Positions 9,916 through 19,271 of a stretch of 38,901 bases of DNA are shown here, in pieces. How positions within the stretch are numbered: the stretch's first letter is position 1; every line of letters begins with the position of its first letter. Both the position numbers and the translations under genes were made by a program. Source of the DNA: an uncultured Barnesiella sp. (GTDB lineage Bacteria > Bacteroidota > Bacteroidia > Bacteroidales > Muribaculaceae). The notes under the pieces are model-generated. The model saw nothing but the letters and a program-made list of their open reading frames with translations. It had not been told where the DNA came from and made no database searches. The stretch lies in the NCBI GenBank assembly GCA_964490275.1, contig CAZBBL010000001.1:1-38901 (forward strand), read 5' to 3'.

Positions 9916-10962
9916 ATGAGGCGCGAATACGACTTCGTATATCTGACAAACACTCCGTCGTTTTATAAGCTCAATTTGTGTCAGCTTATAGCCGAGCGCG
10001 GATGCCGCGTGCTGCTGGTGCTCTACGGCTATGGCTCTGAGGCGGTAAACACATCGCTCGAACGGGATGGAAATTGGGCTTTCGACTACGAGTTTATCAA
10101 TCGCGGCGACTCCAATGCCCGCTCTAAGTGGGCTACGTTTTGGCGGTTGCTGTCGCTGATGCGCCACATTAAAGCTCGCCGAGTAATCTTTGCCGGATGG
10201 CTCGCTGCTGAATACAATATCTATGCGCTGATATCGCGCCGTCGACGCAATCTGATGGTCGTAGAGTCGTCGGCCTACGAGTCGTCGCTGTCGGGGCTGA
10301 AAGGATGGGCCAAACGACTGATTATAGGTCGCATGAGCGGTGCACTCCCTTCGGGTAAACCTCAACTCGAGCTGTTGCGTGCAGCCCGATTCAAGGGCGC
10401 GACACAGATTACCGGTTCGGTTGGCGTTTTCAATATGGGCCGTCGTCCGGCGCTCCACCCTACGCCTACGGCCTCGCCTCGCTATATCTATGTAGGTCGA
10501 CTGATTGAATGTAAAAATCTACGTTTTTTGGTAGAGCAATTCAATGCCAACGGCCGACAATTGACCATCGTTGGCAAGGGTGAGCTCGAAGCTGAACTCA
10601 AAGCGATGGCTCGCGACAACATATCGTTTGTCGGATTTATCGACAACGACCGCCTCGGCGAGGTCTACCAAGCCCACGACATCTTCATTCTCCCTTCGCT
10701 GACCGAGCCGTGGGGATTGGTGGTCGAGGAGGCTATCTATTGGGGGCTGCCCGTAGTGGTCAGCGACCGCGTCGGCTCAAATATCGACATGGTCGAGGAA
10801 CTCGCCACGGGCGTAATCTTCAAGCATAGCGACGGCGCCGACTTGGAGCGAGCGCTCTCTCAAATCGAAAGCAATTATTCACAATATGCCAACGCCGTAG
10901 CGAATGTCGACTTTGCTCGACGCGTTAACGCTCAGGTGGAGGCTTACTTAAAGTTGAAATGA
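9916..10962 (+). CDS. Glycosyltransferase family 4
   Basis: YVGRLIECKN; DIFILPSLTEPWGLVVEEAIYWGLPVVVSD. Confidence 0.9.
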   Translation: MRREYDFVYLTNTPSFYKLNLCQLIAERGCRVLLVLYGYGSEAVNTSLERDGNWAFDYEFINRGDSNARSKWATFWRLLSLMRHIKARRVIFAGWLAAEYNIYALISRRRRNLMVVESSAYESSLSGLKGWAKRLIIGRMSGALPSGKPQLELLRAARFKGATQITGSVGVFNMGRRPALHPTPTASPRYIYVGRLIECKNLRFLVEQFNANGRQLTIVGKGELEAELKAMARDNISFVGFIDNDRLGEVYQAHDIFILPSLTEPWGLVVEEAIYWGLPVVVSDRVGSNIDMVEELATGVIFKHSDGADLERALSQIESNYSQYANAVANVDFARRVNAQVEAYLKLK

Positions 10963-12167
10963 TAAAAATCTTGCGACAGGCGATAGCTCAAAGGCAGCAT
11001 CTATTGATGGGGCTGGGCATATTGCTGATTGTCCTCAAACTCACAGCCGTCGTCGTCACTGTGCCCGGCGTTTCGGCCCACACGTTCTCAGCAATTGTTA
11101 TGGCGCTAATGGGCTTGGTGATTATCACCGGCAAAGAAATTCACATCAACTTCACGCTCGGTGCTTTTTGTATCGTAGCTCTCGAATCGTTGATGCTAAA
11201 CCATCCCCCCGGACAGCTCCAAGGTGGCGAACATCTCGCCTATTTCATCTTGATGCTGACGCTGCTGTCGCCACTTATCAACAACAGCGATATGCACATG
11301 TGGCGTCGCTGGATGTGGCGTGCTCTGATTTGGGGCTTGCGCTGTATCGTCAGCGTCAGCGCCATCATGTACATACCGTTTGAAATCAACCATCCACCGG
11401 TGAAAGCCATATTCGGCGGATGCGTCTGCATGGGTATGCTCCTGGGCATCATCGCGGCCATCGTCAGCATCGACTCTGCTTGGCAACTATTCCGTTGCCA
11501 CCGACGCAGATACATCTATATAGTTCACTGTCTGCTGTTTATAGCATCATTGATACTCACCGTTGCCTCAGGCTCGCGCTGCGCGATTCTCGCCTCGATT
11601 GGCGGACTGATTGTCGTCGCCTGGTGGCAACGTAGCAACCGCCACATGTGGATTGGCTTGGCCGCTACTGCTGTCGTCATAACCGTTGCCCTGACCTTCT
11701 CCGGAATGCACACCACCGAAGCCGTAGGCTATAAATTCAGCCTCGCCCAAGAGCATGGGTCGATATCCTACTCGCGCGACCGGCTCTGGGCCATGCGATT
11801 CGACGAATTTAAATCGAGCCCCATTATCGGCATCGGATTTGCCACCTCTTTTGTCGAGCAAGGCAAATATGTCACCAAACATAGCGACAAACGCATCGAG
11901 CGCCTACGCGAACCGGGGTCTTCCTGGCTCACTGTGCTCTCCAACGTCGGCCTGCTTGGCTTCGGCCTGTTTGTCGCCTTCAACGTCGGATTGATACGCA
12001 GGCTCAAACGGCGTATCTCACAAGGCGACACCTACGCCCGGCTACTGTTGGCGCTTACCATCGCATTGTGGATTCACGGATGCTTCGAGGGGTGGGTGTT
12101 ATATGCCGGATCGATAACCTTTGTCATCTACTGGCTGCTCACTTCTCAAATTTACGACCACGACTAA
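10959..12167 (+). CDS. O-antigen polymerase/ligase-family membrane protein (Wzy-like), copy 2
   Basis: Multi-TM; ASGSRCA; SRDRLWAMRFDEFKSSPIIGIGF; SSWLTVLSNVGLLGF. Confidence 0.8.
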   Translation: MIKILRQAIAQRQHLLMGLGILLIVLKLTAVVVTVPGVSAHTFSAIVMALMGLVIITGKEIHINFTLGAFCIVALESLMLNHPPGQLQGGEHLAYFILMLTLLSPLINNSDMHMWRRWMWRALIWGLRCIVSVSAIMYIPFEINHPPVKAIFGGCVCMGMLLGIIAAIVSIDSAWQLFRCHRRRYIYIVHCLLFIASLILTVASGSRCAILASIGGLIVVAWWQRSNRHMWIGLAATAVVITVALTFSGMHTTEAVGYKFSLAQEHGSISYSRDRLWAMRFDEFKSSPIIGIGFATSFVEQGKYVTKHSDKRIERLREPGSSWLTVLSNVGLLGFGLFVAFNVGLIRRLKRRISQGDTYARLLLALTIALWIHGCFEGWVLYAGSITFVIYWLLTSQIYDHD

Positions 12168-12168
12168 C

Positions 12169-13287
12169 ATGAAAATACTCCATACCTTAGGCGGATTTAG
12201 CATTGACGGTGGCGGCGGTGTCACCACCTGCACCTACCAGCTACTCAAAGCGCTGCGTGCTCGCGGTGTCGACATCGACGTGCTCGCCCCCAAGCGCCCC
12301 GGCCAACAGATTATCGGTGAGGGTGAGCCTTGGATTAAAACCGTGCCATGCGATTACCGCACACCACTATGCCTGTCGCGCAACCTCAAGGAGTTTCTCG
12401 CTGAGTCAGACTACGATATCTACCACTCCAACGGCTTGTGGATGCACATCAATCATATCACTCCCAAAATAGCCCGTGCCAAAAAGCGTCCCTACATCAT
12501 ATCGCCCCACGGCATGCTGTTTCCCGAAGCCTTGCATCGCAGCTACGCCAAAAAGTGGCCGCTGATAAAGCTTTGGTTTGGCAACGATATAGCTCGCGCT
12601 ACCACAATCCACGCCACCTGTCAAAGCGAAGCCGACGCCGTCGGCGCCTTTGGCTACCATGGCCGCATCGACATAATACCAAACCTCACCGTAATCCCCG
12701 ACTATACCTCGCAAATCTACGCCGCAAAGTCGGCAACAATGGCTCGCGAGCCTCGACATATCGGTTTCTTGGGCCGTTTGCATCCCCGTAAAGGCATAGA
12801 TTTACTCATCCAAGGCCTTGCCATGAGCGGCAGCGGCAGCTCTATGCAACTCGACATCATCGGCATGGGCGAGCAATCCTATGTCGATTCGCTCAAGAAG
12901 CTCGCCTCAGACCTCGGCCTCGCCGACAACGTCAACTTCGTAGGCTTTGTCGACGGACGCGCCAAGTTTGAAGCCCTCGCTCGGCTATCTGCGCTTTTCG
13001 TGCCGAGCGACTTCGAAAACTTCGGCATGATTGTGCCCGAAGCCCTCGTAGTCGGCACCCCCGTCATGGCCTCGACCGGCACCCCCTGGCAAGAGCTCAA
13101 CGACAGAGATTGCGGATGGTGGCGCGACCGCTCAGCCCGCTCTATTGCCGAAGTGATCGACACCGTTGCCGCTATGACCAACAATCAACTCTGCGCCATG
13201 GGCAGCCGCGGACGCGACCTCGTGTTGCAAAAATACTCTGCCGACGCCATCGCCGGGCAATTTATCGACCTCTACAACTCTCTCTGA
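12169..13287 (+). CDS. Glycosyltransferase family 4
   Basis: PYIISPHGML; FLGRLHPRKGIDLL; PSDFENFGMIVPEALVVGTPV; start at ATG 12169. Confidence 0.9.
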   Translation: MKILHTLGGFSIDGGGGVTTCTYQLLKALRARGVDIDVLAPKRPGQQIIGEGEPWIKTVPCDYRTPLCLSRNLKEFLAESDYDIYHSNGLWMHINHITPKIARAKKRPYIISPHGMLFPEALHRSYAKKWPLIKLWFGNDIARATTIHATCQSEADAVGAFGYHGRIDIIPNLTVIPDYTSQIYAAKSATMAREPRHIGFLGRLHPRKGIDLLIQGLAMSGSGSSMQLDIIGMGEQSYVDSLKKLASDLGLADNVNFVGFVDGRAKFEALARLSALFVPSDFENFGMIVPEALVVGTPVMASTGTPWQELNDRDCGWWRDRSARSIAEVIDTVAAMTNNQLCAMGSRGRDLVLQKYSADAIAGQFIDLYNSL

Positions 13288-13300
13288 CACTCTCACTATA

Positions 13301-13840
13301 ATGGACGACCTCTCAAACTACCACGAAGAGAAGCCCCACCTGGCCAAACGCATCCTCTGGCGAATAGTCAATGCCACGCTGTTCCGACTCTTTTCCGGAG
13401 TTTATTGCCGCAACATACGCCGTTGGCTGCTCGTAATTTTCGGCGCAAAAATAAGCCGTGGCTCACTCGTCTACGCCAACTGCTCGATTTTCGCCCCGTG
13501 GAACCTCTCCATAGGCCGAGGCGCATGCATCGGCCCCCACACCACTCTCTTCTGCAAAGCGCCAATCACCATCGGCGACAACACCGTCATCTCTCAAGGC
13601 ACATACCTTTGCACCGGCTCTCACGACATCTCCTCGCTGATGCTGCCGATTAAAAATCGGCCCATCACCATCGGCAACAACGTCTGGGTTGCCTCCGAAG
13701 CCTTCGTTGGCCCCGGCGTCACCATCGGCGACGGCGCCGTCGTCGCTGCACGAGCCGCAGTCTTCGACGATGTAGCCCCGTGGAGCGTAGTGCGCGGCAA
13801 CCCCGCCACAGTCATCAAACAACGCATCATCAAACCCTAA
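13301..13840 (+). CDS. WcaF-like LbH acetyltransferase, copy 1
   Basis: IFAPWNLSIG, ISQGTYLCTGSHD, GPGVTIGDGAVVAARAAV, GNPA. Confidence 0.9.
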   Translation: MDDLSNYHEEKPHLAKRILWRIVNATLFRLFSGVYCRNIRRWLLVIFGAKISRGSLVYANCSIFAPWNLSIGRGACIGPHTTLFCKAPITIGDNTVISQGTYLCTGSHDISSLMLPIKNRPITIGNNVWVASEAFVGPGVTIGDGAVVAARAAVFDDVAPWSVVRGNPATVIKQRIIKP

Positions 13841-13852
13841 CCCTGCACTCTT

Positions 13853-14743
13853 ATGCTCGACCTTACCGTCATCATCCTCACCAAAAACGAGCAAATACAT
13901 ATCCAACGTGCCATCGACAACGTCAAGCCTATAGCTCGGCGTATCATCATCGTCGACAGCGAATCTACCGACGACACGTGTGCGATAGCCGGTGCAGCCG
14001 GTGCCGAAGTTGTAGTGCACCAATGGCCCGGCAACCAAGCCGCACAATTCAATTGGGCTATCGACAACCTCGACATCACCACCCGCTGGATACTCCGCAT
14101 CGACGCCGACGAATGGCTCTCTGACCAACTCAAAGAGGAGATGACTGAAAAGCTGCCAACCATGGCCGACGACGTCTCAGCCATCACACTCCAATTGGGA
14201 CGTTACTTTTTAGGGCGCCGTCTACGGCACGGCATAATCAACACCGTCGCCGTCGCTCGCATATTCCGCACAGGCCGCGTCCGCTACGAAAACCGCCTCA
14301 TGGACGAGCATATCAACATACTCAGCGGCACTACAGCCACATTCCGCCACAAATTATACGACGACAACCGCCGACCGCTCTCCGACTTCATCAAGAAACA
14401 CGACAACTACGCCCTGCGCGAAGCCGCTACGCTGCTCAACCAGCGCTACTGTTTCTCAGTCGACCAAGTTGGCGAACTCGCCAAAGAAGCAAAAGCCAAA
14501 CGCCGACAGAAATCGCGCTATAGCCGCATGCCTCTGCTTTGGCGCGCCTTTGGCTACTTCTGCTATCGCTACTTCCTGCGCTTGGGATTTCTCGACGGTC
14601 GCGAAGGCTTCCTTTGGGACTTTCTCCAAGGCTTCTGGTATCGCACGCTGGTCGATGCAAAGCTCATCGAAATACAAAAAGCTTGTGGCGACGACCCTCA
14701 AGCCATACGCGAGCACCTCGCCTCTTTAGACATAAAATTTTAG
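13853..14743 (+). CDS. Glycosyltransferase family 2
   Basis: IILTKNE, VDSESTDDT, WILRIDADE (DXD), LGFLDGREG. Confidence 0.9.
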   Translation: MLDLTVIILTKNEQIHIQRAIDNVKPIARRIIIVDSESTDDTCAIAGAAGAEVVVHQWPGNQAAQFNWAIDNLDITTRWILRIDADEWLSDQLKEEMTEKLPTMADDVSAITLQLGRYFLGRRLRHGIINTVAVARIFRTGRVRYENRLMDEHINILSGTTATFRHKLYDDNRRPLSDFIKKHDNYALREAATLLNQRYCFSVDQVGELAKEAKAKRRQKSRYSRMPLLWRAFGYFCYRYFLRLGFLDGREGFLWDFLQGFWYRTLVDAKLIEIQKACGDDPQAIREHLASLDIKF

Positions 14744-14754
14744 ACACACAATCG

Positions 14755-15876
14755 ATGTCACAATCCATCACACCATCTCGTCAACATTTCCATTGGCTCG
14801 ACCTGCTACGATTCGTTGCAGCCTTTCTGGTCTTGGCTTGCCACTTTAGAGGCGCATTCTTCCAAGAATGGACAGAGCTACCGGCCAAAGATCACAACAC
14901 GTCGACATTCATATTCTTCTACGCTACCCGCTTGGGCCAAGAAGCCGTTTTGTTTTTCTTCATCCTTTCAGGCTTTTTGGTCGGAGGACGCACTATCCAA
15001 CGCGCCATCGACGGTACATTCTCCCTCCCAAACTTCGCCATCGACCGCGCCGTCAGAATCTACCTGCCACTGATATCCGCCCTCCTCATCTTGATACCCG
15101 TTGCCTACATTTGTGGCACCCCGCTGTCATATACCGATTGGTTTGGCTCGCTCTTCCAATTGCAAAACATCTATACGACGCCTGCCATCGAAACCTTGTG
15201 GTCGCTCAACTATGAAGTGTATTTCTACATTTTCATCGGTGCCGCAGCTACATTATTAATCAGCTATAAATCAGGTCATTACAAACGGGGGGGGTACGCA
15301 GCGCTCATTCTCATCGTTGTATTCATGGTTTTCACCAAGCTCTCGGCCCACTATATTTTTATATGGCTGATGGGAGCCATGGCCTACTTAGTGATGCCAC
15401 GCAAACGCAATCGTGCCGTGCTCTACCTCTCGTTTTTAGCCACTATCGCAATGTCGGTAGCCATACAATGTTCGGGCGGGTCGAAATTTGAGGTCGGCAT
15501 TACTAAATATATCTCTCAAATCAACCCCAAAACCGTCGAGATATTGTTTGCCTTGGCTTCATGCTTGTTCATACAGCAACTCACCCTCAGCCAGCCCCGA
15601 CTTCGTTTGGGCAAACTCATTGAGCGCTCCGGCACTCGCTTGGCAGCATTCTCCTATACGCTCTACCTCGTCCACGTACCAATTTTGAGGCTGCTCGAGC
15701 ATTTCGGCGCACCCAAATCTGCCGAGATTTCTCTCTCGTCCATAGCTCTCTACTTACTATGGCTCGCAATCGCACTTTTATCATCCTATATAATCTACTT
15801 CTTTTTTGAAAAACGCACGTCAGACTGCAAACGCTTCTTGAAACGAAAACTTATCAAACATCAACCCCTCTCCTAA
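14755..15876 (+). CDS. Membrane-bound acyltransferase family 3 (OafA-like O-acyltransferase)
   Basis: WLDLLRFVAAFLVLACH, FFILSGFLV, RAVRIY, LWSLNYEVYFY, SYTLYLVH, FFEK; start at ATG 14755. Confidence 0.9.
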   Translation: MSQSITPSRQHFHWLDLLRFVAAFLVLACHFRGAFFQEWTELPAKDHNTSTFIFFYATRLGQEAVLFFFILSGFLVGGRTIQRAIDGTFSLPNFAIDRAVRIYLPLISALLILIPVAYICGTPLSYTDWFGSLFQLQNIYTTPAIETLWSLNYEVYFYIFIGAAATLLISYKSGHYKRGGYAALILIVVFMVFTKLSAHYIFIWLMGAMAYLVMPRKRNRAVLYLSFLATIAMSVAIQCSGGSKFEVGITKYISQINPKTVEILFALASCLFIQQLTLSQPRLRLGKLIERSGTRLAAFSYTLYLVHVPILRLLEHFGAPKSAEISLSSIALYLLWLAIALLSSYIIYFFFEKRTSDCKRFLKRKLIKHQPLS

Positions 15877-15924
15877 AATAAACGTCTCACCCAACGCTCG
15901 CACCGACGCGCCTATCTGACTATT

Positions 15925-16710
15925 ATGAAAATTTCAATCGTTACGGCAGCCTACAACTCGGCCGGCACCATCGCTGACACCATCAAAAGCGTGCTCAGCC
16001 AAACTCATGCCGATTGGGAACACATCATCGTCGACGGCGCCTCTACCGACGCTACCGTCGAGATTGTAAAATCATTCTCCGACCGCTACAACGGACGCCT
16101 TCGCCTCATCAGCGAACCCGACCACGGCATCTACGATGCCATGAACAAAGGCCTCGCAGCCGCCTCGGGCGACATCGTCGGCATCCTCAACTCCGACGAC
16201 TTCTTCACACGCAACAACGTGCTCCAACGTATCGTCGACGCCTTCAACTCCGACGCCAACATCGATGCCGTCTATGGCGACATCATGTACACCGACCCGA
16301 CCGACACTTCGCGCATCGTACGCTACTACAGCTCCGACGCCTTCCGACGCTGGAAAATGAGAATGGGCTTCATGCCCGCCCACCCTTCATTCTATTGTCG
16401 CCGACAGCTCTACGAAACTCATGGCGACTTCGACACAAGCTTCAAAGTGGCCGCCGACTTCGAAAACCTCTTGCGCATCATCTACGTAGGCAAAGCTCGC
16501 TGCAAATACTTGCCAATGAACTTCGTCACCATGCGCTCGGGAGGTGCCTCAACATCGGGCCTCACCTCTCATCGCTCAATCCTCAACGACCATATACGCG
16601 CCTACCGCAAAAACCACGTCCGCTCGGGCTACATGTTCGACCTACTTCGCTACCCCTACAAAGTGGCCGAACTCGTCTCTTTCCGGCTCCACTCTCACCG
16701 TAATGATTGA
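15925..16710 (+). CDS. Glycosyltransferase family 2 (WcaE/WfgS-like)
   Basis: MKISIVT, VDGASTD, SEPDHGIYDAMNKG, ILNSDD, MPAHPSF. Confidence 0.92.
   Translation: MKISIVTAAYNSAGTIADTIKSVLSQTHADWEHIIVDGASTDATVEIVKSFSDRYNGRLRLISEPDHGIYDAMNKGLAAASGDIVGILNSDDFFTRNNVLQRIVDAFNSDANIDAVYGDIMYTDPTDTSRIVRYYSSDAFRRWKMRMGFMPAHPSFYCRRQLYETHGDFDTSFKVAADFENLLRIIYVGKARCKYLPMNFVTMRSGGASTSGLTSHRSILNDHIRAYRKNHVRSGYMFDLLRYPYKVAELVSFRLHSHRND
16677..16705 (+). repeat. Left copy of a 29-bp direct repeat (inside the GT2 3' end)
   Basis: CTCTTTCCGGCTCCACTCTCACCGTAATG; matches 23828-23856 at 27/29 positions. Confidence 0.92.
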
Positions 16711-16739
16711 CAATACAAATCTCTCTACAAATATTTGCT

Positions 16740-17291
16740 ATGCAACCATCAAAATCATCTAAATATCAAAACCACCTCAGCTTCAAGCACAAGCTCATAC
16801 GCTTGCTATGGGCCATCACATGGACGCTATTAGCGCGGTGGATTCCTCGACAAGTAGGCAATGGATGGAAACGATTTCTATTGAGATTGTTTGGCGCCAA
16901 AATAGCTTCTACGGCCGGCATCCACAATTCGGCTCGTATATACTATCCGCCCAATCTCATAATGGGCAAAAATGCTTGCATAGCCTCTAAGGTCAATTGT
17001 TATAACGTAGCCCCGGTAATAATACACGACAACGTTACAGTGTCGCAATACACCTATCTTTGCACAGCCTCTCACGATATAAGCTCTAAGGATCATACGC
17101 TTATCACCGCACCAATAATCATCGAAGATGAAGCTTGGGTGGCCGCAGATGCCTACATCGGCATGGGTGTTACCATTGGCAAAGGTGCTGTCGTCGGTGC
17201 CAGAGCCGCCGTTTTTAAAGACGTAGCCCCATGGACAGTCGTCGGGGGCAATCCGGCAAAATTCATCAAACTACGCAAAATTTTATCATAA
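16740..17291 (+). CDS. WcaF-like LbH acetyltransferase, copy 2
   Basis: VSQYTYLCTASHD, GVTIGKGAVVGARAAVFKDVAPWTVVGGNPA; ATG 16740 preferred over TTG 16707. Confidence 0.9.
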   Translation: MQPSKSSKYQNHLSFKHKLIRLLWAITWTLLARWIPRQVGNGWKRFLLRLFGAKIASTAGIHNSARIYYPPNLIMGKNACIASKVNCYNVAPVIIHDNVTVSQYTYLCTASHDISSKDHTLITAPIIIEDEAWVAADAYIGMGVTIGKGAVVGARAAVFKDVAPWTVVGGNPAKFIKLRKILS

Positions 17292-17297
17292 AATACA

Positions 17298-18239
17298 ATG
17301 AAAGCTTTTCTATTTCCAGGCCAAGGCACTCAAAAAGAGCATATGGGGAAAGATCTTTACGACAATTTCCCAAAAGCCAAAGCCATATTTGAAATAGCTA
17401 ACGACATCCTCGGCGAACGATTCAGTGATATCCTATTTTCCGCTAATGAGGATTTACTCATGGATACTCGCTATACGCAAATGGGCATTTTTATTTATGA
17501 GGTTGCCGTCGCTATGTCTCAAACCGATATCGTGCCTGATTTCACCGCCGGACACTCGCTTGGTGAATACGCCGCTCTTGTAGTCGCAGGCGCTCTATCA
17601 TTTGAGGAAACAATACCCTTCATCAAGACACGTGGGCAGGTATTTTACGAAGCATTCCAGAAACACCCCAGCGCTATGGGCGCAATCATTGGTATCGCCG
17701 AAGAACAAGTGCAGCAAGTACTCAACAGAGTGAGCGATGAGGATGGCGAGAATCTTTACATTGCCAACTACAACGGCCCCGGCCAGTTAGTCGTGACCGG
17801 AGGCCGCGCTTCTGTAAAAAAAGCCTGCAAAATATTGAAAGAGCAAGGAGCTAAACGTGCTCTCGTATTACCACAAAAAGGTGTCGGCCACTCCCCAAAT
17901 TCGGTTGAAGAAGGACGGATCCTCGGCCAAGAACTCATGAAACTTACTTGGCACACGCCTCGCATACCGGTTTATCAAGATGCAGACGGATTGCCTCATA
18001 CCGACCCCAATGAGCTGCTAGAAAACGAAATAAAGTTGATGACTTATCCTGTTCAATGGACAGACATCACCAACAACATGGCAAAAGACGGCGTGCGCGA
18101 ATTCTATGAATGTGGCACTGACGATACACTGCAAAAAATCGTAAGGCGTATGTATCCTAATTTAAAAGTCGATTCTATCGTCAACGTCCCATCATACAAA
18201 GGCATTGTCAGAGACTATTCATTCAAGCCTGAGCTATAA
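17298..18239 (+). CDS. fabD: Malonyl-CoA:ACP transacylase-like acyltransferase (cassette copy)
   Basis: FPGQG, catalytic GHSLG, ANYNGPGQLVV; second motif is GVGHS rather than GAFHS. Confidence 0.88.
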   Translation: MKAFLFPGQGTQKEHMGKDLYDNFPKAKAIFEIANDILGERFSDILFSANEDLLMDTRYTQMGIFIYEVAVAMSQTDIVPDFTAGHSLGEYAALVVAGALSFEETIPFIKTRGQVFYEAFQKHPSAMGAIIGIAEEQVQQVLNRVSDEDGENLYIANYNGPGQLVVTGGRASVKKACKILKEQGAKRALVLPQKGVGHSPNSVEEGRILGQELMKLTWHTPRIPVYQDADGLPHTDPNELLENEIKLMTYPVQWTDITNNMAKDGVREFYECGTDDTLQKIVRRMYPNLKVDSIVNVPSYKGIVRDYSFKPEL

Positions 18240-18277
18240 ATAATAAACATTTTACAAATCTATAAAAATTTTTATCT

Positions 18278-18505
18278 ATGACATTAGACCAATTTGTGGC
18301 AAGATTTGCCGAAGAATTTGAAGAAACACCCCAGGACCTTTTTACTGCCGACGCTCAGTTCAAAAGCTTCGAAGAATGGAGCTCGCTGACCGCCCTTTCA
18401 ATCATCGCTATGGTTGATGACGAATTCGACAAAAGTCTCACCGGTGCAGACATACGCAATTGCACCACAATAGAAGATTTGTACAATCTCGTTCAAAGTA
18501 AATAA
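18278..18505 (+). CDS. Acyl carrier protein
   Basis: 75 aa, acidic; EWSSL (variant of the DSL phosphopantetheine-attachment motif); TIEDLY tail. Confidence 0.88.
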   Translation: MTLDQFVARFAEEFEETPQDLFTADAQFKSFEEWSSLTALSIIAMVDDEFDKSLTGADIRNCTTIEDLYNLVQSK

Positions 18506-19263
18506 TGGCATACAATCCTTTTTCTCTTGAAGGTAAAACCATCCTCATTACGGGAGCCTCGTCCGGCATCGGACGAGGCATTGCCGTAGAGTGCTCTAAA
18601 TTGGGAGCTACATTGATCATTAATGGCCGTGATAATCAACGATTATCCGAAACAATATCTATGCTTGAAGGCGTCGGACACCAATCTGTCGTGGCCGACT
18701 TATCTAATCAAGAAGGGATTGACACTCTTATTGATGCCTGCCCTCAACTCAATGGTATTGTTCACAGCGCCGGAATCCCTAAAATTTGCCCTGTCAAAAA
18801 CATTAAGCGTGAGTTAATCGAAGAAATAATCAATGTCAACGAAATCGCCCCAATCCTTCTGACATCCGGACTTCTCAAAAAAAAGAAGGTCCTAAAGGGA
18901 TCTTCTATCGTCTTCATTGCATCAATCTCGGGAGTTTTTATCGCGAATACAGGAGAAGCTCCTTATTCAGCGACAAAAGGCGCTTTAGCCGGATTCGCCA
19001 AAACAGCAGCATTTGAATTAGCTACACTCGGTACTCGAGTCAATACTATTTGTCCGGGCCTCGTCCCCACCAATATCCTGAATTTAAGCAATACCATCTT
19101 CTCAAAAGAACAACTCGAAGAAACCATGTATGGACGTTATCCGCTTAAACGCGTAGGCACACCTGAAGATATAGCCTACGGAGCAATCTACTTACTGTCT
19201 GATGCTTCATCATGGGTAACCGGTACCAATCTTTTAATTGACGGTGGTTACTGTCTAATGTAA
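18505..19263 (+). CDS. SDR oxidoreductase (FabG-like ketoacyl reductase)
   Basis: TGASSGIG, YSATK (YxxxK), RVNTICPG, IDGG; TAATG coupling to the ACP gene. Confidence 0.9.
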   Translation: MAYNPFSLEGKTILITGASSGIGRGIAVECSKLGATLIINGRDNQRLSETISMLEGVGHQSVVADLSNQEGIDTLIDACPQLNGIVHSAGIPKICPVKNIKRELIEEIINVNEIAPILLTSGLLKKKKVLKGSSIVFIASISGVFIANTGEAPYSATKGALAGFAKTAAFELATLGTRVNTICPGLVPTNILNLSNTIFSKEQLEETMYGRYPLKRVGTPEDIAYGAIYLLSDASSWVTGTNLLIDGGYCLM

Positions 19264-19271
19264 TTTTTGTT

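Noticed and set aside
16014-16703. 229-aa alternative-frame ORF inside GT2 (similar ones at 25039, 13463, 28272, 32147)
   Set aside because: Arg/His/Pro-rich or antisense shadows produced by strong C-ending codon bias; no recognisable motifs
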